64,000 nucleotides of DNA from an uncultured delta proteobacterium. GTDB lineage: Bacteria > Desulfobacterota > Binatia > JACPRU01. The position numbers and the translations under genes are program-made. The stretch is from assembly GCA_963745025.1 (NCBI GenBank), contig CAVUWD010000016.1:32001-96000 (forward strand), in the 5' to 3' direction. Below the pieces are notes generated by a model that did no database searches, had not been told where the DNA came from, and saw nothing but the letters and a program-made list of their open reading frames with translations. Position 1 is the first letter of the stretch; each line of letters begins with the position of its first letter. Below are positions 42,152 to 51,577 of the stretch, piece after piece.

Positions 42152-43266
42152 TTACTTCGCAGAGCCGAGGGCGGGCGGCTGGAAGTGCGCCGAGAAGTCG
42201 GCGTCTTCGTCGCTGCCGCCGTCGAGCCCGTCGCGGCCGAGAGTCGCAATCGTCACGTCGTCGGCGCTCGGCTCGTAGCGGTAGGGCCGGCCCCAGGGAT
42301 CGTAGAAGCGCGGGTCGGCGCGCTCGGCGAAGCGCCGCCACATCGCCTTGTCCGGGTAGGCGCCGTGCTCGGTGTGATAGCGGTCGGCGAAGTCACCGAG
42401 CACCTTCATCTCCCGGTCGATTCGATGATGGAGATTCGCGAGCCGATCCTCTGGAGTCGGCAGAGTCGATACCAAGCCCAAGAGCGCGAGCGAGGTCAGG
42501 CCGATCGAGATCCACGTGAGCCAGAATTTCTCTTTCGCGGTGTGCGTTTCGCTTCGCTGGATCAGCAAGGGCCCGACGAACGGGACGAGGGCGAAGTACG
42601 ACGACAGGCGCTTGTCGGCTGCGAGCAGCTCGCCGACCATCTGCGGCGCTTCGGAAGAGGGGCCGTTGGCAATGAGCGCGGCGAGGGCGTCGCGCGAACG
42701 AGTCATGGGAGGCAGAGTGGCCTGCTTCGCCAGGGGCGTCTCCTTCCCATTCGGCGGCGCGGCGGGAGCGTCTTTGGTCAGCGCAAGCGCAGAGCACGCC
42801 GCGCACAGGCCCGTCACTCCGGACGAGAAGCGGCCGAGCTCGACGTCGCAGCGGAGGCGAGATCCATGTGAGCCGGAATTTTTCTTTCGCGGTGTGCGCT
42901 TCGCTTCGCTGGATCAGCAAGGGCCCCGACGAACGGGACGAGGGCGAAGTACGACGACAGGTGCTTGTCGGCTGCGAGCAACTCGCCGACCATCCGCGGC
43001 GCTTCGGAAGAGGGGCCATTGGCAATGAGCGCGGCGAGGGCGTCGCGCGAACGAGTCATGCGAGGCAGAGTGGCCTGCTTCGCCAGGGGCGTCTCCTTCC
43101 CATTCGGCGGCGCGGCGGGGGAGCTTCCGGTCAGCACGCGCGCGGAGCACGCCGCGCAGAGGCCCTTCACTCCGGACGAGAAGCGGCCGAGCTCGACGCC
43201 GCAGTGGAGGCAGGTGGTTTGCGTGGAAGGCGAGGGTGAGCCAACTCCTTCGGCCGGCTCGGCCAT
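42152..43266 (-). CDS. CxxC + membrane + GspG (T2SSG) domain protein, interrupted by an internal tandem duplication
   Basis: CLHC/CAAC, two hydrophobic segments, DPWGRPYRY..TLGRDGLDGG..DAD; continuous frame only 42152..42817. Confidence 0.7.
42506..43211. repeat. Tandem duplication, period about 352 bp
   Basis: 42506..42858 aligns with 42858..43211 with scattered substitutions. Confidence 0.92.
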
Positions 43267-45095
43267 CAGAAGTCGTGCCAAGCGAGCGCGGTGTACGAGC
43301 TGCCCCCGCAGGTCACGTTGCCGGGCGTCGTGGAGGGGTAGCCAAGTGTGACATTGGAATTTCCGTTCAGCGTAAGCGATCCGACGATTAAACTGGTATT
43401 CATGACCTGATTGGCATGTCCCTGGAGCTCCGCCGGCGCACCCCACGCGTAGATGACGCCATCGAGGGTGTAATTGCCGTTTGTCCCACCCTGCAGATTG
43501 ATGCACCCGAGCGGCGTGGGATTGCCGCATGTGGGCTGGTTAGGACTGATGGAGGGATTAGGCAAATTGCCGTTGGAGTCGGTCCGATTCTGGTAGATCA
43601 AGAAGCCCGCCATACCCGTGCCGACGAGGCCGTAGTTGTCGGGGCCCGTCGGGGGGTTTGTGGTCGGATCCGTGGTCGGCGCTATCAAGGTGACCGTTGC
43701 GTTCGCCGGTGCCTAGCGCGTTCACGGGGCCGTAGTTGCCGCTCGCTGCACGTGGGACAGAGCGGGTCGAAAGTGTTGACGATCGTTACCCCATTGCCGG
43801 TGATCGTCGGGGTGCCGCCACCGACGTTGAGGCCTCCCCCGGCCATTACGTAGAGGCCAGGGTCGAGCGTGACGCTGTTGTTGAGGTGGAGCCCTCCCCA
43901 GTAGATCCCGGGGCTCAACTGCGTGACGGTTGAATCGGGATTAGATGTTAGCGGAGCGTTCGCCGTTCCCGCGCAGCCCGAGCACGACGGACTGCTGAAA
44001 GCAGAATTCGCGGGTACCGGACTCGGGACCGGCCCCGCGGGCAGCGACGGTGGATTCACGTTGCTGAACGGGTCGACTATCGTAGGTTGGTCCGTCTGCG
44101 GCGGGGGACTGTACGTCGGGCTCCCGTCGACCCTCGAGCCGGAGACATCGATGCCGCAATTGGTGAGACTGCTGTTGGTGCAAGCAGTGATCGAGTTGTT
44201 GTTAACACCAGAAGTCGACTCGCTCGAGTTACAGCTCGCGGGCGGCGACCCGCCAAAAACGGGAGGCGCGCCGGCATTTATCTGGACCGAGCCCTCGGCG
44301 GTGATGGTAGCGCCACCGTTCATATCGATCCCAGGACATCCAAAGTTGGAAGTCAGAAGGCTCCCGAGAGGATTACCGGGATTCGTGTCTCCGAGATCCA
44401 CCGCGCGAACCTTGACCGTTCTGCTCGCGACGACGGAGCCATCGTTACGCCTGACCTCGCCCGTCGAAGTGATCTTCACGATGTTTCGCGTATTGCTACA
44501 GCCGGGTTGCGTACGCTGGCGGATGTCGCCAGCGGCGGTACATCCGTAGCGCACGCCAACGTCGGCAGGCTCGCAGCGATCCCACTCCATTTTCAGATTT
44601 GTCGATGAGCCTGAGCTTCCTGTCGAATACGTGACGGGATACGCGGCCTGCTGCAGCGTCGGAACCTCAACGTTCGGAACGGAGACGGAAGGCGCCGTGG
44701 AGTTGAACAATACCTGGATGCTTGGAAGATCAGAAAGCAGACGTCGAGACCGTAGGGAGAGCTGTTCGCTGAACAATGGACCGGCCGGGCACGGCGTCGC
44801 TCCGTCGCGATATCGCGTGTAGAGAGAGGCGTCGAATGTACCCGGGCCGGGGCTGATCGTCACGTTGCTCTGCCACCGCGCGTTCCCAAGCGGAAGAGAG
44901 CCTCGTTGATCCCTGCCTCGGCGGCGTAGATCGCCTGCTTCTCGTTCTGGAGGTTGCTGACGACCTGAACGTCGGTGCGGGTGAGCGTGCCGCGAAGAAC
45001 GCTGTCAGGCTCAGTACGACGAGAAAGACGAGAACGGTGGCAAGTATAAAGCCGCCTTCTCGGGCGATCCTCATGGACGTGGGCAGTTCTTTCAT
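43266..45095 (-). CDS. PilX-like minor pilin with a long Gly/Ser/Thr/Asn/Cys-rich C-terminal domain (several frameshifts)
   Basis: EGGFILATVLVFLVVL, AIYAAEAGINEA, ITSTG, PGIYWGG, LDPGLY; spread over four ORFs. Confidence 0.75.
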
Positions 45096-45112
45096 AGGGG
45101 CCTCTCGTTTGC

Positions 45113-45748
45113 TCAGCAGGGCTTGTTTCGCAGACGAACACTCTCCGTCTCCGTCCGCGTCAAGGGCAAGCCGCCGATGACGGAGCGAGTCACGGTCAGT
45201 GAGATATCGATCGCAGCGATGAGGTCTCGATCCGCCTGGGTCGCCGGGCTAAAGGTGGTGCCGTCGCACCGCCGATAGGTCAATGTCAGGCCGGCGCCGC
45301 CGTTCGGGAGCACTACGTTGTCGGCGAGCACGTTGCCGGTCCACGGGTCGCCGCCCGCCGTGGCGTCGAGCTTCAACAGATCCGTTCCGGAAAGCTCGAA
45401 ACCCTTGTGCTCGTTCGGAGCGGTCGCGGTGACGACGCCGTCATCGTCCGCGTCGAGCTGGAACTCGATCGTCTGTGCGTCCGCAGCCAGAATCTTGGGG
45501 GCGGCGCTACCCGAGAGGTCCATCCTCGCGGAGCGGAGGTCGCGTGCCATCTGGTCCATCGCGGTGCGGAGCGCCTGCGAGGTTTCGATCTCGATCTGGT
45601 GGTGCTTTGCCGCGCGCTGCTCGGAGACGTAAAATCCCGTGAAGCCCGCCATCAGAAGCGCACAGACCACGATCACGACCAGTAGCTCGACGAGCGTGAA
45701 GCCGCGGTTAGACGCCGAGATTGTATTTGAACCGGACGATAGTTGCAT
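45113..45748 (-). CDS. PilW-like minor pilin
   Basis: Prepilin motif RGFTLVELLV, MARDLRSA, C-terminal VRLRN. Confidence 0.88.
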   Translation of the reverse strand: MQLSSGSNTISASNRGFTLVELLVVIVVCALLMAGFTGFYVSEQRAAKHHQIEIETSQALRTAMDQMARDLRSARMDLSGSAAPKILAADAQTIEFQLDADDDGVVTATAPNEHKGFELSGTDLLKLDATAGGDPWTGNVLADNVVLPNGGAGLTLTYRRCDGTTFSPATQADRDLIAAIDISLTVTRSVIGGLPLTRTETESVRLRNKPC

Positions 45749-46198
45749 TCACCAGTCGGTTGTTGGGCATCGAGACGGTCACCGTGATCTCGTTTCACCG
45801 GATCCTGCAGGGCACCACTCGGGTCAGGTGTAGGGATGACTAGTGGAGAGCTGCCAGTCGCTCGGCGTTCACTACCGTCCACTGCACGTGGTAAGGGCCG
45901 CTGCCAGTGCCGTCCGCGTTCACGGTGACAGGCGGGATGAGCGCCGGCGCATTGGCTACGGACGAACACGTGATCAGAGAAGCTGGCGCTGGGCAGCCAG
46001 TCGGCGTTGCGTTCGGATCGGGCGAAGCAGTGTCTCCATTCGGTGCTCGGCGAGACTCATCGCCGCCGAGTTCGAATCGGTCGTGATTCGATGATGGATC
46101 AGTCTCTCGGTGAGTCCGCCAACCGCGATCACGACGAACGCGCCGATCAGCATGGCGACTACCGCCTCGATTAGCGTGAAGCCCTTGCTACTGAACAT
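45749..46198 (-). CDS. PilV-like minor pilin (frameshifted)
   Basis: KGFTLIEAVVAM, AMSLAEHRME.L; stop abuts the pilW start. Confidence 0.78.
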
Positions 46199-46691
46199 TG
46201 ATGCGCCCGGTGGGTTGAACGAAGATCGTTCGCCAAGCGCCCGCCTCGTTGGTAATGCGAATGACTGGATATGCATTCGAAACAGCCTCGGGGTTTCCCC
46301 GTGGGTTCAAGACCGCACTCGTGGGGGTTCCGCCTGAACCGTTGTCGATACCAGCAGAATCGATTTGTTTTGCGCCGACTTCTAGGGTGTCCGCGCCATA
46401 ACTAGTCGTTCCACAGGTTGGGGCACCGGTTTTGCTTCGGACGAGATAGGTCTTCGCCGACGTATCGAAGCTCACCATGAAACATTTGTTTTCCGCGATC
46501 GCACGCCCGCGCACCTTCTGCAACTCCGCCGCGAGATCCCGGGCCGCCCCCTCGAGCCGATAGATCGGCACCAGCGTCGACATCCGCACCCACGCGATCG
46601 TCAGCAGGATGCCGCCGATCGTGATCACCACGAGTACCTCGATCAGCGAGAAGCCCTTCATGGCTTCCCTAGAGAAACGTGTGTTCGTCAT
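46188..46691 (-). CDS. FimT/GspH-like pseudopilin
   Basis: KGFSLIEVLVV, AARDLAAELQKVRGRAI, NPRG, VQPTGRI. Confidence 0.88.
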   Translation of the reverse strand: MTNTRFSREAMKGFSLIEVLVVITIGGILLTIAWVRMSTLVPIYRLEGAARDLAAELQKVRGRAIAENKCFMVSFDTSAKTYLVRSKTGAPTCGTTSYGADTLEVGAKQIDSAGIDNGSGGTPTSAVLNPRGNPEAVSNAYPVIRITNEAGAWRTIFVQPTGRINVQ

Positions 46692-46736
46692 GCTGAGATC
46701 TGGGCAGGCCAACTGCGGCCCCCCTCCTCGCCGAAT

Positions 46737-47070
46737 AACAGAGTAGCAGAGGGGAGGCCTTTCGCAAAAGAAAACAAACTCAGGCAAACGTCTGATCGCT
46801 CGGAGAAAATCCCCAATCGATTCCGGTTACTCGGGGAATTTCGGCTCAAGGTCAGGGTCATGGTCCGGTGCGACATACCACGTTCCTCCTACGCCCTGCC
46901 GGTTGAGACAACAGAGTAGCAGAGGCGAGGCCTTTCGCAAAAGAAAAGAAAATCAGGGGGATGTCTGATCGCTCGGAGAAAATCCTCAATCGATTCCGGT
47001 CACTCGGGGAATTTCGGAGCAAGATCAGGGTCATGGTCCGGTCGGACATGGCGACGTCCATCCTACGCCC
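46737..47070. repeat. Tandem duplication (about 170 bp) of fimT upstream region + pilB 3' stub + DUF433 5' stub
   Basis: AACAGAGTAGCAGAGG...TCAGGGTCATGGTCCGGT...CCTACGCCC occurs twice; each copy has minus-strand TTGCGA-N16-TACTCT. Confidence 0.9.
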
Positions 47071-47187
47071 CGCCGCTTCCCTGTATACGGCGCCGCGACT
47101 CTCAGGGGCGCGAGCGGCGTCGTTGCGACCTGGCATGAAGATCGATATCACCCGCGACATACGACAAGAGGATCGATCGGAGAGGAC

Positions 47188-47394
47188 ATGGAAACGGTTA
47201 CGATCTCGCCCAAGTTCCAGGTGGTCATCCCAAAGGAAATCCGCGACACGCTGAAGCTCACTCCGGGCCAGAGGGTACAGGCGATCCTCTATGAAAACCG
47301 CATCGAGTTGATTCCCGTCCGGCCGATCAAGAAGATGAGAGGATTCTTGAAGGGAATCGACACCTCCGTGCCTCGTGAGGGAGACCGGGTCTGA
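47188..47394 (+). CDS. AbrB/MazE-type antitoxin
   Basis: VTISPKFQVVIPKEIR..LKLTPGQ. Confidence 0.92.
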   Translation: METVTISPKFQVVIPKEIRDTLKLTPGQRVQAILYENRIELIPVRPIKKMRGFLKGIDTSVPREGDRV

Positions 47395-47783
47395 ACGTCG
47401 TCGACTCGTCGGGCTGGCTGGAGTACCTAGCCGATGGCCCAAATGCGAAGTTCTTCGCCCCGCCGATCGAGAACGTCCGAGCGCTTCTCGTACCGTCGAT
47501 CAGCGTCTACGAAGTTTTCAAGCGCGTCCTGCAGCAGCGGGGCGAAGGGTCCGCGCTGCAGGCCGCGGCCCTGATGCAGCAGGGCGAGATCATCGACCTC
47601 ACCACGCCCTTGGCATTGGCAGCCGCGCGGGTGAGCCTCCAGGAGGGGATTCACATGGCCGACAGCGTCATGCTCGCCACCGCGCGGGCCTTCGGAGCCA
47701 CCCTCTGGAGCCAGGACGCCGACTTCGAGAGGCTGGCGGGGGTGAAGTACGTTCCCAAGAGGGCCGCAGTCGAAAACCGCTAG
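47391..47783 (+). CDS. vapC: VapC PIN-domain toxin (apparent CTG start)
   Basis: NVVDSSGWLEY, YEVFK, ADS..LATA, QDADF. Confidence 0.88.
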   Translation: MNVVDSSGWLEYLADGPNAKFFAPPIENVRALLVPSISVYEVFKRVLQQRGEGSALQAAALMQQGEIIDLTTPLALAAARVSLQEGIHMADSVMLATARAFGATLWSQDADFERLAGVKYVPKRAAVENR

Positions 47784-47912
47784 GCGCCCGGTCATGCGGC
47801 GGGGCTGGTCACGGCGGTTTGCACGAACCCAATAGACGCGCGCGGGGCCGACCCATCTCGAGAGCGTGGAAGAGCGCTTCGATCCGAATCTGCCGCGACT
47901 CTCGCCAAGACG

Positions 47913-48013
47913 CGCTCGTTACCGATCATTCGATTCCGGTCACTCGCAGCACTTCCTCGATCGTCGTCATGCCCCGGCGGACCTTGTCGAGGCTGCTCTC
48001 GCGCATGGTGCGC
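47913..48013 (-). repeat. Duplicate of the pilB 3' end (about 100 bp)
   Basis: Near-identical to 49042..49143. Confidence 0.92.
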
Positions 48014-48074
48014 AAGCGAATGGCTTCCGGTGACCCGATCCGCTACGCCCGCGCCTTCGTTCGGAACCGCGCTT

Positions 48075-48398
48075 CTACGGTGGCAGCTGGAGCTCCACTA
48101 CCGAGCCCCTCGTCAGGGTGGGGAGAATTTTCTCGATCTCTGGCAGCAGCTTGACCACCACCGGTACCTGATTGCTCGGTAGAACCATCACGCCGAGGCT
48201 CCGCTTCGAGAGATCTTGCTGGTGACGCAGGTTCTGGTCGGTGGTCACGAGGACGTCGAACCGCTCACGTTCTGCGAGGCTCAGCAGCTCGCCGTTCTTC
48301 ACGCCCGCCCAACCCATGTCCTGGACGGTCTGGATCTCGTGTGATCGCAGTCGCGCCTTGATCACACTTGGCGTACACTCGTCGAGCAGGACCTTCAA
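48075..48398 (-). CDS. DUF5615 PIN-like toxin
   Basis: KVLLDEC, MGWAGVKNGELL, TTDQNLRHQQ. Confidence 0.88.
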   Translation of the reverse strand: MKVLLDECTPSVIKARLRSHEIQTVQDMGWAGVKNGELLSLAERERFDVLVTTDQNLRHQQDLSKRSLGVMVLPSNQVPVVVKLLPEIEKILPTLTRGSVVELQLPP

Positions 48399-48655
48399 GC
48401 CGCCCGGCCGAGCTTCCGGAGCGTCGCCCGGTAAAACTCGAGGACAGCGACCGCTTGATCTCGGGTCACGGTCGGAAAGTTTTCCAGGAACTCGTCGAGC
48501 GTGAGCCCCGCTTCAAGATTGCTGATGAGGGCGTCGACCGGGACGCGGGTTCCCCGAAAGACCGGCGCGCCGCTAATGATCTCCGAATCAACGGTGATCG
48601 GCAGTCGATCGATTTCGTTCTCCGGGATGATCAGGGTCATGGTCCGGTCGGACAT
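48395..48655 (-). CDS. DUF433 antitoxin
   Basis: SGAPVFRGTRVPV..FLENFPTV. Confidence 0.9.
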   Translation of the reverse strand: MSDRTMTLIIPENEIDRLPITVDSEIISGAPVFRGTRVPVDALISNLEAGLTLDEFLENFPTVTRDQAVAVLEFYRATLRKLGRAA

Positions 48656-48790
48656 CGTAAGTCGATCCTACGCCCGGCCTCTTGCCCTGTCCACGGCGCC
48701 GCGACTCTCAGAGCCGTGAGCGGCGTCGTTGCGACTTGGCATCAAGATCGATGTCCGCGACATCTGACAAAAGGATCGATCGGCGAGGAC

Positions 48791-49028
48791 ATGAAACGGT
48801 TACGATCTCACCGAAGTTCCAGGTGGTCATCCCAAAGGAAATCCGCGGCACGCTGAAGCTCACGCCGGGCCAGAAGGTACAGGCGATCCTCTATGGAAAC
48901 CGCATCGAGTTGATTCCCGTCCGGCCGATCAAGAAGATGAGGGGATTCTTGAAGGGAATCGACACCTCCGTGCCTCGTGAGGGAGACCGGGTCTGAACGT
49001 CGTCGACTCGTCGGGCTGGCTGGAGTAC
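48791..49028 (+). pseudogene. Second abrB copy (1-bp deletion at the start) and 12-codon vapC stub
   Basis: 48629..49028 is a direct repeat of 47023..47427; ATGAAACGG versus ATGGAAACGG. Confidence 0.85.
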
Positions 49029-49053
49029 CGAGCCGGCTACTCGCTCGTTACGC

Positions 49054-50868
49054 TCAATCGATTCCGGTCACTCGCAGCACTTCCTCGATCGTCGTCATGC
49101 CCCGGCGGACCTTGTCGAGGCCGCTCTCGCGAAGCGTTCGCATGCCGAGAGTGAGCGACTTCTTGCGGATGTTGGCGGCGTCGGCTCGGGCCACGATCAT
49201 CTCGCGGATCTCATCGTTGATCGGCAGCACCTCGTAGAGCGCGGTCCGTCCGCGGTAGCCGGTCTGCGAGCACTCGTCGCAGCCCTTCCCGTGATAGACC
49301 TTGAGATCCTTCACCTCGCTCTGCGAAAAGCCGAGATCGACCAGCGACTCGGGAGAGGGAGGGTTCTCGATCGGACTCCTGCAATCGGGGCAGACGAGCC
49401 GCACCAGCCGCTGCGCGGCGACGAGCAGGATCGAGGATGATACGAGGAACGGCTCGACGCCCATGTCGAGCAAGCGGGTGATCGACGTCGGAGCGTCGTT
49501 GGTGTGCAGCGTCGACAGGACGAGGTGGCCGGTGAGCGCCGCCCTGATGGCGATCTCCGCGGTCTCGTAGTCGCGGATCTCGCCGACCATGATCACGTCG
49601 GGGTCCTGTCGGAGGAAGGCTCTGAGCGCGGCGGCGAACGTGAACCCGATCTCGAAGTTCACCTGCACCTGATTGATGCCGTGCATGTTGAGCTCGACCG
49701 GATCCTCGGCGGTCTGGATGTTGCGCACCGATTTGTTGATCTCCGAGAGCAGCGAGTAGAGCGTCGTGGTCTTGCCGCTGCCGGTCGGGCCCGTGACGAG
49801 GACCATCCCGTAGGGCCGCTGGATCGCGCGCTGGAAGTGCCGGAGCTCCTCGGCCTCGAAGCCGAGGTTGGTGAGGTCGAGCTGCAGGCCCGTCTTGTCC
49901 ATCAACCGCAGCACCAGCTTTTCGCCGTTGATCGTCGGCAGCGACGAGACGCGGAAGCTCATCTCCTTGCCGGCCGGCAGGCGAATCTTGATCGCCCCGT
50001 CCTGAGGCAAGCGCCGCTCGGAGATGTCGAGCGCGGCCATGACCTTGATGCGGGACGCCAGCGCCGCCTTGAAGCGGGGCGGCGGCTGCATGATGTCGTA
50101 GAGGATGCCGTCGATACGGAAGCGGATGCGGAGGTCGTTCTCGAAGGGCTCGATGTGGATGTCGCTCGCGCGCCGCTCGACGGCGTCGGTCATGAGCGCA
50201 TTGACGAGCCTGACGAGCGGCGCTTCCTCCGTCGCGCGCTGCAGCTCCGCGAGATCGATCTTGGCCTCGTCGCGCACGAGCTGGACTCCGTCGCCGTTCA
50301 TTCCCGTCAGCGCATCCGAATAGGCTTTCGCGCGCTCGTTGTAGTGCCGGTCGATTCCCCTGCGAATTCCCCGTGCGGGCGCGAGCACGATGCGGACGTC
50401 GCAGCCGGTCAAGAACTTGCACTCGTTCAGCCCGGCGAGGTTCGAAGGATCCGCCATCGCCAGCGTGAGCGTCGACCCCGTGAGGCTGATCGGCAGCAAC
50501 TCGTGCTTGCGGGCGAGCGTGTCGGGAATCAGACTCAGCACCTCGGCAGATGGCTCGGCGCTCAGCGGGTCGATGATCGGAAGCCGGTACTCCTTGTGGA
50601 GAAACGAGGTGATGTCTTCATCCGAGACGAAGCCGAGGCGAACGAGCGCCGCCGCGAATTGGCCCCCGTTCTTGTGCTGATCCGCCGCCGCCGCCGCGAG
50701 CTGCTCGGCGGTTATCACCTCACGCCGGAGAAGGATCTCCCCGAGCCGAGAAGAGGGTGGGGGACGGATCGGCGAGATCACGGGAGAGGACGTGGAGGGC
50801 ACGGCGGGTGCGCCTGTATTTTCGGGGAGGTGCTTGCCCTGCCGTTCCGCCTGTTCGTTGGTCGCCAT
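49054..50868 (-). CDS. pilB: Type IV pilus assembly ATPase PilB/GspE
   Basis: RLGEIL, ASDIHIEP, Walker A GPTGSGKT, RQDPDVIMVGEIRD, TLHTND, tetra-Cys motif. Confidence 0.95.
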   Translation of the reverse strand: MATNEQAERQGKHLPENTGAPAVPSTSSPVISPIRPPPSSRLGEILLRREVITAEQLAAAAADQHKNGGQFAAALVRLGFVSDEDITSFLHKEYRLPIIDPLSAEPSAEVLSLIPDTLARKHELLPISLTGSTLTLAMADPSNLAGLNECKFLTGCDVRIVLAPARGIRRGIDRHYNERAKAYSDALTGMNGDGVQLVRDEAKIDLAELQRATEEAPLVRLVNALMTDAVERRASDIHIEPFENDLRIRFRIDGILYDIMQPPPRFKAALASRIKVMAALDISERRLPQDGAIKIRLPAGKEMSFRVSSLPTINGEKLVLRLMDKTGLQLDLTNLGFEAEELRHFQRAIQRPYGMVLVTGPTGSGKTTTLYSLLSEINKSVRNIQTAEDPVELNMHGINQVQVNFEIGFTFAAALRAFLRQDPDVIMVGEIRDYETAEIAIRAALTGHLVLSTLHTNDAPTSITRLLDMGVEPFLVSSSILLVAAQRLVRLVCPDCRSPIENPPSPESLVDLGFSQSEVKDLKVYHGKGCDECSQTGYRGRTALYEVLPINDEIREMIVARADAANIRKKSLTLGMRTLRESGLDKVRRGMTTIEEVLRVTGID

Positions 50869-51577
50869 GATTTGGTCGCCTATCATACAGAAAGAAGTGC
50901 CGCTGATGCGAGCGCGATGACCATCGACGCGCATCGGCGCGAATCACGCCATATTATTGACGAATTGGTTCGGATTTGTGCGGGTCGCCTAAAACGGTGC
51001 GTGGAGAAGGCAACCTGCCTCTGATAGTAGGCGGCGGGCGCTCGCAAGAAAAAGCGCTCAGTTACCCAGGATTTTGACCGAGCGCGGCGTCGTCGGGAGA
51101 TCCGGTATGAAAGTTGCGAAGCGAGAAGGCACGGCTCGCCGAACCCGCTTCGGCGCACGGCGATCTATCCGGGTGAGGAAGACAACGATCCCAAGAGTTG
51201 GGTGGAGGTGTTCGACGGGCTCGAGACGAGGAAGGCGGCGGCGGTAAAGGAAATGGGGACTCGAGCCCGATACGATCGAACGATGGAGGGGCAGGGCTGA
51301 TGGGGTCGGCGAGCCGTTCCGCACTGGGTCCGGCGCTCTTCCACGGGTGCTGGTCGACACGCTTCTTGGCGACGTCACCTACGCCTAGCCTCGATCAGAA
51401 ATCTCTTCTGTGACCTGAACGCGCCGGGCTCGCGCCTGGCTTGTCCGCCACGAGCTTCTTTCTCGAAGCCCTCCATGCCCCAAGAGACGGCATCGTGGTA
51501 GACCTGGCGCTCGTGACGCGCCGGACCGTGGCTCGCGGCTCGCCACAGCCGCTGCGGTTGACCCCGCCGCGGCTTCG

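Noticed and set aside
38491-49143. Diverged repeats as DGR template/variable repeats
   Set aside because: Mismatches I inspected are mixed substitutions, not adenine-specific; no intact RT or avd gene nearby
38491-49143. TA array as an integron or CALIN cassette array
   Set aside because: No intI, no recurring RYYYAAC...GTTRRRY attC palindromes seen, and the modules are in mixed orientations
51058-51570. Protein-like fragments between pilB and the RNase Z-like gene
   Set aside because: No consistent frame, start signal or recognisable motif
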